From a virus, in the IMG/VR virus record IMGVR_UViG_3300024991_000028: a DNA stretch of 39,674 bases, one strand, 5' to 3'. Below are positions 1 to 7,828 of this stretch, piece by piece. The notes below the pieces were generated by a model. That model saw nothing but the letters and a program-made list of their open reading frames with translations, did not search any database and was not told the DNA's origin. A program made the position numbers and the translations under genes. How positions within the stretch are numbered: the stretch's first letter is position 1; every line of letters starts with the position of its first letter.

Positions 1-127
1 GCGTATCGACGCGGATCCGGTGGGCTCGGCGCCAGGCGTTGCCTCGTCGTTGGCTCCGGACGAGGGTAGGGCGGTGACCGCCGCGCTGCCCCGCTCCGAC
101 GCCCAGTTCCTCGACCGCATCGAGGCC
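1..127. repeat. Terminal overlap copy 1 (identical to 39548-39674)
   Basis: Read by eye: gcgtatcgacgcggatccgg...gaccgcatcgaggcc occurs at both window ends with no mismatch seen. Confidence 0.95.
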
Positions 128-538
128 GACGCGCTCGCCTACGGCGGCGAGCAGCTCCTCGCCGACATCCGCGCCGAGGCCGCGGCGTGGGCGCTCGAGC
201 ACGACGACCCCGCGCGATGGTCCGCCTACCTCGCGGTGGCGTGGCAGCTCGTCGACGCCCACCGCGCCGACCTCGTCGGACAACTCGTCCCGACCCCCGA
301 CGGACGGGTCCGCGTCGTCACCCCGGCGCGCTGCCCCGCCGGGCACTCGTGGGACGTCCCGGCGCCGTGGGTCGCGTCCTGGGTTGGCTGCCGCGGCGGC
401 GGAGGACACCGAGACCACAAGGGCCACCACCGGTGGAAGTGCCTGCTCCCCAACGCCGACGGCGACGAGTGCGGCAAGATCGTGCTCTACCCGGCCGTCG
501 AGGAGGGCTGCTCGTTCGTGGGCATCGGCGAGGGATGA
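20..538 (+). CDS. Hypothetical protein with Cys/His-rich C-terminus (possible zinc-binding)
   Basis: 172-aa ORF with a GC3-rich frame. C-terminus reads RCPAGHSW..GCRGGGGHRDHKGHHRWKC..DECGK. An alternative GTG start at 74 follows GAGGGTAGGG. Confidence 0.55.
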   Translation: MGSAPGVASSLAPDEGRAVTAALPRSDAQFLDRIEADALAYGGEQLLADIRAEAAAWALEHDDPARWSAYLAVAWQLVDAHRADLVGQLVPTPDGRVRVVTPARCPAGHSWDVPAPWVASWVGCRGGGGHRDHKGHHRWKCLLPNADGDECGKIVLYPAVEEGCSFVGIGEG

Positions 539-548
539 GGACGGCCCG

Positions 549-734
549 ATGAGCGAGCACGACGACCCAGCAGTGGTCCCTACGGTCCGCGACCGGCTCG
601 TGTCAGCCGGCCTGTCGCCCGAGCGGATCGAGTCCCACCTGCAGGCCGGGCGGATCGCGCTCGACGGGGAGCCGGTCGAGGACCTCGACACTCCCGCGCC
701 GATGCCGCGTCGCATCAGGATCCTCGGGTCGTAG
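549..734 (+). CDS. Small stand-alone S4-like RNA-binding-fold protein (tentative)
   Basis: Internal ATG of ORF 384..734, 10 nt after the upstream stop. RDRLVSAGLSPERIESHLQAGRIALDGEPV fits the S4 pattern (R.D..L...gl.sR......I..G.v.vnG..v). Confidence 0.45.
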   Translation: MSEHDDPAVVPTVRDRLVSAGLSPERIESHLQAGRIALDGEPVEDLDTPAPMPRRIRILGS

Positions 735-773
735 CGGCCCGCGCCGTAGGATCGGGCCTCGATCCGCCCCGCG

Positions 774-2165
774 GTGGGCACCACGGCGCCCCGGTGGCCG
801 CGCACCGGAAGGCGCCCCAGCGTGGCCGACCTCGACGTCCTGCGTGGCCTGATCGAGAAGATCTACGACGGCGCGACCGAGCGCCGCCGCCTCAACGCCT
901 ACTACGACGGCGCTCTCCGCCTCGCCGCGCTCGGCATCACCCTGCCGCCCGAGATGCGGAACCTCGCCGTCGTCGTGAACTGGCCCCGCCTCGCGACCCG
1001 CAGCCTCGAGGAACGGCTCGACGTCGAAGGTTTCCGCCTCGCAGGGGAGACCGGCACGTCCGACCGGTTGTGGGGCTGGTGGCAGGCGAACAACCTGGAC
1101 TCGCGCGCCCCACTCGGGCACCGCGAGGCCCTCGTCACCGGTGACGCCTACGTCGTGGTCGGCCGCCGCGACGGCGACGACGAGACCCCGCTGATCACTG
1201 TGGAGTCCGGCGAGCACCTTCACGCCGACGTCGACCCGAGCACGGGGGAGGCCCGATCGGCTGCGCGGGTGTACGCGGCCGACCGCAACGGGGTGCCGCA
1301 GCGCGCGACGCTGTACCTGCCCGACGTCACCCTCTTCTATGAGCTCCGGTCCGGCGGGTTCGTCGAGGTCGACGCCGTCGAGCACGATCTCGGCACCCCG
1401 ACTGTCGTGCCGATGCTGTATCAGGACCGGCTCTCCGACGAGACCGGCCGCTCGGAGCTGCTCGACATCATCGGGCTGACCGACGCGTGTTGCCGCACCC
1501 TGACCAACCTCGGTGGCGCGCAAGAGCTGCTCGCGGTGCCCCAGCGCTACGTCCTGGGCGCGAAGCAGGAGGACTTCGTCGACAAGGACGGCAAGCCGAA
1601 GACAGCATGGGAGGCCTACATCGGGCGGCTCTGGACGCTCTCGGAAGAGGACGCCAAGGTCGGGCAGTTCGCTGCGGCGGACCTGAGGAACTTCACCGAG
1701 GTCATCAATCAGTACTCGAAGCTCGTGTCGGCCATGACCGGCCTCCCGCCGCACTATCTCGGCTACTCCACCGACAACCCCACCTCGGCGGACGCGATCC
1801 GGTCGTCGGAGTCGCGGCTGGTGAAGCGCGCCGAGCGGGCGGCGACCACGCTGGAGGACGCGTGGGAACGTGGGATGCGCCTGGCGCTGCGTTGGATCGA
1901 CGACACCGACGACGTCCCCCGGCTGGAGACCCGCTGGCGCGACCCGTCGACGCCGACGTTCGCGGCGAAGGCCGACGCCGTCACCAAGCTCGTGCAGGCC
2001 GGGATCATCCCGAAGGAAGCGGCGTGGGACATGCTCGGGTTCTCCCCGGAGCAGCAGGCCCACTACGCCCAGCTCATGGCGTCCGACCCGCTCGCGGCGC
2101 TGATCAAGTCGGTCGGCGCGGACCAGGCGCAGCAGCTCACCGCGCCGGCGGCCATCGAGGCGTGA
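774..2165 (+). CDS. Portal protein
   Basis: 463 aa, lies after terL and before the head genes. Sequence character is typical of SPP1 Gp6-type actinophage portals. Alternative GTG start at 822 after GGAAGG. Confidence 0.88.
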   Translation: MGTTAPRWPRTGRRPSVADLDVLRGLIEKIYDGATERRRLNAYYDGALRLAALGITLPPEMRNLAVVVNWPRLATRSLEERLDVEGFRLAGETGTSDRLWGWWQANNLDSRAPLGHREALVTGDAYVVVGRRDGDDETPLITVESGEHLHADVDPSTGEARSAARVYAADRNGVPQRATLYLPDVTLFYELRSGGFVEVDAVEHDLGTPTVVPMLYQDRLSDETGRSELLDIIGLTDACCRTLTNLGGAQELLAVPQRYVLGAKQEDFVDKDGKPKTAWEAYIGRLWTLSEEDAKVGQFAAADLRNFTEVINQYSKLVSAMTGLPPHYLGYSTDNPTSADAIRSSESRLVKRAERAATTLEDAWERGMRLALRWIDDTDDVPRLETRWRDPSTPTFAAKADAVTKLVQAGIIPKEAAWDMLGFSPEQQAHYAQLMASDPLAALIKSVGADQAQQLTAPAAIEA

Positions 2166-2166
2166 C

Positions 2167-2871
2167 GTGCCGCTCGTCGAGCTCCGCCAGCAGCAGGACC
2201 TGATCAGCCGCGAGGCGGCCCAGCTGGTGCTGCCGATCCTGCTCCGCGGCGCCGAGGCCGGCCTGCCCGAAGCGGGGTGGCTGCGGATCGCGGCGCTGCT
2301 CTACCCGCAGCTGGTGGGGTGGCGTGGGCAGGCCGCGGCGATCTCCTACCTCGCGGCGCGGGCGGTGCTGCCGTCGGCGTCGCGGCCGCCGCCGCTGCCC
2401 TACGACATCGCGTGGACGCTGCAGGCGCTGCGCTCAACGGTGTTCGGGGTGCCCCGGAACGCGCCGGGCTGGTCCCCGGCGAAGGTCGCGGCGGACGGCT
2501 CGGCGCGGCTGGTGCGGCACGTCGAGCAGGCCGGGCGGGAGACGACGATCCAGGTGTCATCTGCGTCGGGTGGCAAGGGCCGGTGGGCGCGGGTCGCGGA
2601 CTCGTCGCAGCCGTGCCCGTTCTGCGCGCTGATGATCAGCCGCGGGCCGGTCTACCACTCCGACGCGAGGCGCTCGGCCGGGTTCCAGGCGCACGACAAG
2701 GATCGGTGTGTGGCGATCCTGGTCCGCGACGGCCAGCGGGACTGGCCAGGCCGCGACGAATTCGAGCGAATCCAGGAAATCTATTACGACGCGTCGTCAG
2801 GTGTTTACGGGGAGGAGAAATGGCACGCATTCCGGAAGGCATATGAGAACCCGGACCGCAAGGCTGCGTGA
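2167..2871 (+). CDS. MuF-like minor head (head morphogenesis) protein
   Basis: Immediately follows portal. C-terminal SQPCPFCALMISRGPVYHSD...HDKDRC motif as in SPP1 gp7/MuF-type proteins. Confidence 0.75.
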   Translation: MPLVELRQQQDLISREAAQLVLPILLRGAEAGLPEAGWLRIAALLYPQLVGWRGQAAAISYLAARAVLPSASRPPPLPYDIAWTLQALRSTVFGVPRNAPGWSPAKVAADGSARLVRHVEQAGRETTIQVSSASGGKGRWARVADSSQPCPFCALMISRGPVYHSDARRSAGFQAHDKDRCVAILVRDGQRDWPGRDEFERIQEIYYDASSGVYGEEKWHAFRKAYENPDRKAA

Positions 2872-2902
2872 GCTAGTATTTGCAGGTCGCTGATGGTGCC
2901 GA

Positions 2903-3469
2903 ATGGCCGCGACCTATGAGCCCCGGGTGGGCGCGCTCCCCGCGATTCTGGAGTCTTTCGTGACTGAGCAGCAGCAGACCACGAACACCACCGAGACCGC
3001 GCCCGCCGGCGAGAGCAGCACCGAGGCCGAGCCGTTCGACGCCGACCGCGCCATGGAGAAGATCCGCAAGACCAACAGCGAGAACGCCGGGCTGCGGAAG
3101 CGGCTCAAAGAGCTCGAGCAGTACGAGGCCGCGGCCAAGGCCGCTGACGAGGCGAAGAAGTCCGAGGCGCAGCGGTTCGCCGAGCAGCTCGCCGACGCGA
3201 ACCGGCGCGCGGAGGAGGCCGAGCTCGGCCGTCTCCGGGAGCGGGTCGCGCGCCGGGCGCAGCTTCCCGACGAGCTGGCCGACCGGCTGCGCGGCACCAC
3301 GGAGGAGGAGCTGACGGCCGACGCGAAGGCCTTGGCCGCGCTCACCGCGAGTGTCCAGGCGTCGGGCCGGGAGGAGCGGCGGAAGGCGCCGGACCCCTCG
3401 CAGGGCCAGGGCATGGCGCTCAACGGGGACCCGCTCGAGGAGTCGCTGAGGGCCAAGCTCGGCATCTGA
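2903..3469 (+). CDS. Capsid scaffolding protein
   Basis: 188 aa, acidic and Ala/Glu/Lys/Arg-rich coiled coil, directly upstream of the capsid gene. Alternative GTG start at 2960 after GGAG. Confidence 0.72.
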   Translation: MAATYEPRVGALPAILESFVTEQQQTTNTTETAPAGESSTEAEPFDADRAMEKIRKTNSENAGLRKRLKELEQYEAAAKAADEAKKSEAQRFAEQLADANRRAEEAELGRLRERVARRAQLPDELADRLRGTTEEELTADAKALAALTASVQASGREERRKAPDPSQGQGMALNGDPLEESLRAKLGI

Positions 3470-3565
3470 TCGGCTACCCTCGCCGCATCCAGTCCCCCGC
3501 GGTGGGGGCGCGCTCGCCCGAGGTGGCGGTCCGACATCGGATCCCACACTCGAAAGGCGGGCCCA

Positions 3566-4492
3566 GTGGCTATCACCGCCCCCACCGTCACCGGCGACTT
3601 CTCCGGCTTCCTGACCAAGGAACGCGCCGCCCCGATCTTCAACGAGGCCTACAAGGCGTCCGCGCTGCAACAGCTCGCGCGGAAGGTCCCCCTCGGCCTG
3701 GCCGGTACCGAGGTCCCGGTCATCACCTCGAAGCCCACCGCGGCATGGGTCGCGGAGGCCGGGCAGAAGCCGGCCAGCAAGGGCGGCATGACGCTCAAGT
3801 CGATGACCCCGAAGAAGATCGCGGCCATCGCGGTCGTCTCCGCTGAGGTCGTGCGCGCCAACCCGGGCGGCTACGTCGACGAGATCCGGCCCCAGCTCGG
3901 CGAGGCGTTCGCGATGGCGTTCGACGCCGCCGGCTTCCACGGCACGAACACCCCGTTCGGCGCCTACCTCGACCAGGCCACGAATGCGGTCGGCATCGGC
4001 ACCACGGCGGCCAGCGCCGGTGGCGTCCACGGGGACCTCGTCGCGGCGCTGCGGCTGCTGGTCAACAGCGGGAAGAAGCTGACCGGGTTCGCCCTCGACA
4101 CCCGTCTCGAGCCCGACCTCCTCGGCACCGTCGACACCACCGGTCGCCCGCTCTACATCGAGGCCCCGTACGAGGGCACCGCCCCGGCTGCCCGCGGCGG
4201 CCGGCTCATCGGTCGGCAGTCGTCGATGGCCGACGGCATCGGGGCGCCCACTCCCGGCGGCGCGTCCACGACCTACCCGCTGGGCTACGCCGGCGACTTC
4301 AGCCAGATCGCGTGGGGCCAGATCGGCGGCATCTCCTACGACGTGTCGACCGAGGCCACCGTCACGATCAACGGTGAGCTGACGTCGCTCTGGGAAAACA
4401 ACCTCGTCGCGGTCCGGGCCGAAACGGAGTTCGGCCTGCTCATCAACGACATCTCGTCGTTCGTGAAGCTCACCAAGACCACGGCGGCCTGA
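3566..4492 (+). CDS. Major capsid protein, HK97 fold
   Basis: 308 aa, GTG after GAAAGG. Position and sequence (..KSMTPKKIAAIAVVSAEVV..) are typical of HK97-type capsid proteins. Confidence 0.9.
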   Translation: MAITAPTVTGDFSGFLTKERAAPIFNEAYKASALQQLARKVPLGLAGTEVPVITSKPTAAWVAEAGQKPASKGGMTLKSMTPKKIAAIAVVSAEVVRANPGGYVDEIRPQLGEAFAMAFDAAGFHGTNTPFGAYLDQATNAVGIGTTAASAGGVHGDLVAALRLLVNSGKKLTGFALDTRLEPDLLGTVDTTGRPLYIEAPYEGTAPAARGGRLIGRQSSMADGIGAPTPGGASTTYPLGYAGDFSQIAWGQIGGISYDVSTEATVTINGELTSLWENNLVAVRAETEFGLLINDISSFVKLTKTTAA

Positions 4493-4495
4493 CCC

Positions 4496-4756
4496 GTGGC
4501 GACCTACAAGCACCCCGACGTCGGCACCGTCGTCCAGACCGACGGGCCCACGCCCGACGGGTTCGAGCCCACCGACGACCTCGACTACGGCGACCCGGCG
4601 GAGGACAGCGGCGATGGCGCTGGCGCAGACGACGGACGTGGCGACGCAGCTGAGGCGGGAGCTGACGACCGAGGAGACGAAGTTCGCCCGCGCGCAGCTC
4701 GAGGCCGCCGAGGCAAGGCTGCTGACGCGGCTGCCGTCTCTGCGGACGAGGACTGA
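4496..4756 (+). CDS. Small acidic hypothetical protein (3' extent doubtful)
   Basis: GTG 3 nt after the capsid stop. GC3 is high only to about 4612. The remainder overlaps the better-coding frame of 4614..5018. Confidence 0.3.
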   Translation: MATYKHPDVGTVVQTDGPTPDGFEPTDDLDYGDPAEDSGDGAGADDGRGDAAEAGADDRGDEVRPRAARGRRGKAADAAAVSADED

Positions 4757-5018
4757 CGCAGACCCGACGTACGCGACCCTCGTCCGAGACATCGAGGCCG
4801 AGGCAGTCGCGCGCGTGCTGCGCAACAGCGAGGGCTACCGGCAGGAGTCCATCGGGCCGTGGTCGGCCACCCTCGACACGAGGGTGGCCGCCGGGTTCCT
4901 CACGATCCTCGACGACGAGTGGGCGCTGCTCGGCGCCGGCGGCGGGGCGTTCACGATCACCCCGCACGTCGAGGTGCCCCCGGTGTGGCCGTCTCCGCAC
5001 CTGGCGGGGTGGGCCTGA
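4614..5018 (+). CDS. Head-tail connector (gp6-like adaptor)
   Basis: 134 aa. N-terminus MALAQTTDVATQLRRELTTEE..AQLEAAEARL is typical of head-tail connector proteins. Located after the capsid gene. Confidence 0.68.
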   Translation: MALAQTTDVATQLRRELTTEETKFARAQLEAAEARLLTRLPSLRTRTDADPTYATLVRDIEAEAVARVLRNSEGYRQESIGPWSATLDTRVAAGFLTILDDEWALLGAGGGAFTITPHVEVPPVWPSPHLAGWA

Positions 5019-5335
5019 TGCGCTACCCCGACACGGTCGTCCGGTGCCGCCCCGGTGGCGTGGACCGGTTCGGCGACAAGGGCGCCGAGGTGCGCACGGA
5101 GATGGCGGGGGCGTTCGCGCCTGCGTCGTCGTCGGAGGACCTCGTCACCCGCGGGGACACGGTGACGACCACCGCGACGCTCTATCTGCCCTACGGCAGT
5201 GACGTCGTCGCCACGGACGTCATCGAGATCAGCGGCCGCCGCTGGCACGTCGACGGCGAGCCCGCGCAGTGGTCCTCGCCGCTGACCGGGCGGCGCGCGG
5301 TGTGCTCGGTGCCGCTCAAGGCGGTGTCGGGATGA
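5018..5335 (+). CDS. Head closure / head-tail joining protein
   Basis: Internal ATG of ORF 4859..5335 overlapping the upstream TGA. 105 aa, in the synteny slot after the connector. Confidence 0.6.
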   Translation: MRYPDTVVRCRPGGVDRFGDKGAEVRTEMAGAFAPASSSEDLVTRGDTVTTTATLYLPYGSDVVATDVIEISGRRWHVDGEPAQWSSPLTGRRAVCSVPLKAVSG

Positions 5336-5649
5336 GCACGAACCGGGCGCGGTTCCGCCGCAACAGCCCCGCGATCCGCGCGTACCTGGCGCGGAACGTC
5401 GAGCTGCGCAACGCGGTCAAGCGGCACGCCGACGACGTCGCGGCCCGGGTGGCCAGCGCGCCGGCGGGTGTGTACGCGCAGATGCCGACGCCGGTCGTCA
5501 CGACCTCGCCGGCGTCCGGTGTCCGGCGGGACCGGGCGGGCGCGACCGTCCTCGTCCCGGCCCCGGCCGCCGGCGAGCTCCGGTACCCGGACGTGAAGTC
5601 GCGGTTCCGCGGTGTCGTCGGGGTCGTCGGGTCGGTGACCCATGGCTGA
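5332..5649 (+). CDS. Neck / tail completion protein (HK97 gp10-like slot)
   Basis: ATGA overlap at 5332-5335, 105 aa. Assigned by synteny only. Confidence 0.5.
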   Translation: MSTNRARFRRNSPAIRAYLARNVELRNAVKRHADDVAARVASAPAGVYAQMPTPVVTTSPASGVRRDRAGATVLVPAPAAGELRYPDVKSRFRGVVGVVGSVTHG

Positions 5650-6025
5650 GCTCCTCACGCCGTGGCCCGACGCCGAGGTCGTCCTGCTCGACCTCCTGGA
5701 GCCGATCGCGCCCACGGTCACGTCGACGCCGCCGACGATCACGACCCCGCTCATCCGGGTCGTGCGCACCGGCGGCTCCGACGACGGGATCACCGACTCC
5801 CCGGTGGTGGAGGTGACCTGCATCGGCGCGACCCGGACGGAGTCCTGGCAGCTGTCGGAGCAGTGCAGGCAGGTGATCCTCGCCAGCCCGAACACGGTGG
5901 TCGGCGGGGCTCTGATCGACAACGCGGCGACGTTCACGCCGCCGCAGCAGATCCCCGACCCCGACCTCGACAAGCGGTCGGTCACAACGAACTTCGTGCT
6001 GGCGTGGCGCCGGCCGCGATCCTAG
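5642..6025 (+). CDS. Tail terminator protein
   Basis: 127 aa, directly upstream of the major tail gene. Size and position match siphovirus tail terminators. Confidence 0.58.
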   Translation: MAELLTPWPDAEVVLLDLLEPIAPTVTSTPPTITTPLIRVVRTGGSDDGITDSPVVEVTCIGATRTESWQLSEQCRQVILASPNTVVGGALIDNAATFTPPQQIPDPDLDKRSVTTNFVLAWRRPRS

Positions 6026-6040
6026 GAAGGAACCTCTGAC

Positions 6041-6700
6041 ATGCCGGCATTCACCTCCCTGCAGCAGCGCCAGCAGCAGCTGATCCGGAAGGCGCTCAAC
6101 GGCGGCATCTGGGTCGCCCCGAGTAGCGCCGCGGCCCCGACCGCGATGTCCTCGGGCGCCTCGTCCGACCCCGCCGCGCTGCCCGCGAACTACACCGACG
6201 TCGGGTACATCACCAAGGACGACGGTGCCTCGTGGTCGCGCGACATGGACACCTCCGACACCACGAGCTGGGGCGCGTTCGAGCCGACGCGGCGCGACAT
6301 CACCTCCGACGTCACGAACCTCAAGTTCACGATGCAGGAGACGAAGCGGCTCTCGCTCGAGCTGTCCTACGGTGTCGACCTGTCCGCGGTGACCCCGACC
6401 GCGACCACCGGCGAGGTGGCGTTCAACCAGGCCTCGGCGAACACCACGATCTACCGCCGGTTCCTCGCGATCATGGCCGATGGTGTCGGCCTGGACGCCG
6501 TCTACATCGCGCGGTTCTGCCCGCGCATGTCCATCACGACGGTCGACGACCAGTCGTGGACGGACGGGAACGAGCTGCAGTGGCCCGTCACCGGCACGGC
6601 GTTCGTCGACCCCGTCCTCGGCTACGCGGTGCGGCACTTCTTCTTCGGCCCCGGCTGGAAGTCCCAGCTCGTCGCCGCCGGGTTCCCGGCCGCCACCTGA
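6041..6700 (+). CDS. Major tail protein
   Basis: 219 aa after RBS AGGAAGGAA. Lies before the chaperone and tape measure genes and is followed by a strong hairpin. Confidence 0.8.
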   Translation: MPAFTSLQQRQQQLIRKALNGGIWVAPSSAAAPTAMSSGASSDPAALPANYTDVGYITKDDGASWSRDMDTSDTTSWGAFEPTRRDITSDVTNLKFTMQETKRLSLELSYGVDLSAVTPTATTGEVAFNQASANTTIYRRFLAIMADGVGLDAVYIARFCPRMSITTVDDQSWTDGNELQWPVTGTAFVDPVLGYAVRHFFFGPGWKSQLVAAGFPAAT

Positions 6701-6719
6701 GCCGCTCCCCAGACCCGGT

Positions 6720-6754
6720 CCGGCGGCGGGCGTCCTGCTGCAGCCCGCCGCCGG
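6720..6754 (+). terminator. 12-bp perfect GC stem-loop downstream of the major tail gene (attenuator/terminator-like)
   Basis: CCGGCGGCGGGC (6720-6731), 11-nt loop, GCCCGCCGCCGG (6743-6754). No T-tract follows. Confidence 0.45.
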
Positions 6755-6792
6755 CCGGAACCACCGGCAACGACCCACGAGAGGAACCAGCC

Positions 6793-7029
6793 GTGCAGAA
6801 CACCACCCTCATCGCCCCCGACGGCCGCGAGTACGTCACGAGCGACCCCATCGAGCTCAACAACCTCGTCTACGGCCAGGGCTACCGGATCAAGTCCGGC
6901 CGCTCCTACGACACCATCGTCAACGCCGGCGCGAAGGACGGGGACGCGAAGGCCGCGGACGCGAAGGACGCCGAGCCGGTCGACACGAACACTGCCACCA
7001 ACGGCGGCGGGAAGGCCGCGTCGAAGTGA
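6793..7029 (+). CDS. Hypothetical protein
   Basis: GTG 6793 after GAGGAA, 78 aa, GC3-rich, with a Lys/Asp/Ala-rich tail. Confidence 0.5.
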   Translation: MQNTTLIAPDGREYVTSDPIELNNLVYGQGYRIKSGRSYDTIVNAGAKDGDAKAADAKDAEPVDTNTATNGGGKAASK

Positions 7030-7358
7030 GCACGCCCGTCCCGAACCGCAAGGAACGCCGGTCCTGGAACCGGATGGTCGCCGAGGCCCGCGACGTCGAA
7101 GCCGTCGTCCCGGTCTCGGACGACCCCGAGGACGTCATCCGCGTCCACATCCCGACCGCCGAGGCGCTCCAGTCCCTGCAGGAGCTGCAGCGCAAGGCCG
7201 ACTTCGCCGGCGCGATGGCGGTGCTCATCGGGAAGGACAACTTCGACCGGCTCAACGAGGCCCAGCCCGACGCCCCGTTCACCGCCTACCGCGACCTGAT
7301 CCAGGACGTCATGACCGACCTCAACCTCGGCGGCCCGGGAGCCTCCCCGGAACGGTAG
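7026..7358 (+). CDS. Tail assembly chaperone (gpG-like, short form)
   Basis: GTGA overlap at 7026-7029, 110 aa, directly upstream of the tape measure gene. Slippery heptamer near the 3' end. Confidence 0.8.
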   Translation: MSTPVPNRKERRSWNRMVAEARDVEAVVPVSDDPEDVIRVHIPTAEALQSLQELQRKADFAGAMAVLIGKDNFDRLNEAQPDAPFTAYRDLIQDVMTDLNLGGPGASPER

Positions 7359-7828
7359 GCCGTGCCGTCGACCTCATCGACCGGTACGGCCACGAGCTCG
7401 AGTACGACCTGCAGGCCTTTCTCGGCCTGGACCTCCTGGACTTCCTCCGCGGCAGGCACCCGTGGGGGAAGCTGCTCCGCCTCGCGGACCAGCTCCCCCG
7501 CGAGTCGCGCTACATCGCCGCGCTCCACGACGACGACGAGATCGCGCCGCTGCTCGTCGCCGCGCAGACCGACAGCGGAGAGGAGCCCCGGATGTCCCTG
7601 GTCGGGTGGACCGCCGAACGGGAGCTGCTGACCGAGCTCCTACACGCCGTGCGTGCGATGCACTCCACGCTGATCGGGGTCAACAGCAAGTCGGGGAAGC
7701 CGCCCGAGGTGCCCAAGCCCCAGCGCCCGCGGACGCTCGTCGACGACCTCCGCAAGCGCGCGGATCGCGACGAGGCGGAGCGCGTGATCGCCTTGTTCAA
7801 CCCGCGTCCTGAGGGAGCGGCGTCGTGA
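7026..7828 (+). CDS. Tail assembly chaperone, -1 frameshift fusion (gpGT-like, about 267 aa)
   Basis: The -1 frame is open from 7340 to 7828 with no canonical start before 7592. It encodes VDLIDRYGHELEYDLQAFLGLDLLDFLRGRHPWGKLLRLADQLP, a typical T-part sequence. Confidence 0.7.
7334..7340 (+). promoter_or_regulatory. -1 programmed ribosomal frameshift slippery heptamer C CCG GGA
   Basis: X XXY YYZ pattern in the zero frame of 7026..7358 (codons ggC CCG GGA), 16 nt before the TAG stop. Confidence 0.62.

Noticed and set aside
1-127. 127-bp terminal direct repeat as a biological DTR, LTR or transposon end
   Set aside because: It is exact, has the length of a typical maximal assembler k-mer and cuts through a gene start. 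The genome carries HNH/terS/terL cos-type packaging genes far from the window ends. It is interpreted as circular-assembly overlap.
2873-4825. 650-aa minus-strand ORF across the scaffold and capsid genes. Similar cases: 603..2063, 5498..6778, 13404..14777, 17637..18788, 19188..20141, 26066..27040, 27573..28619, 33627..34616, 34322..35638.
   Set aside because: All are antisense to well-supported + strand genes and have shadow-ORF composition. None has a plausible RBS or start context.
7362-7631. ORF in the same frame immediately after the TAG stop of the tail chaperone (possible stop-codon read-through product)
   Set aside because: The translation is a Ser/Thr/Arg-rich nonsense-like string. 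The -1 frame over the same DNA encodes a typical chaperone T-part sequence and is reached through a canonical C CCG GGA heptamer.
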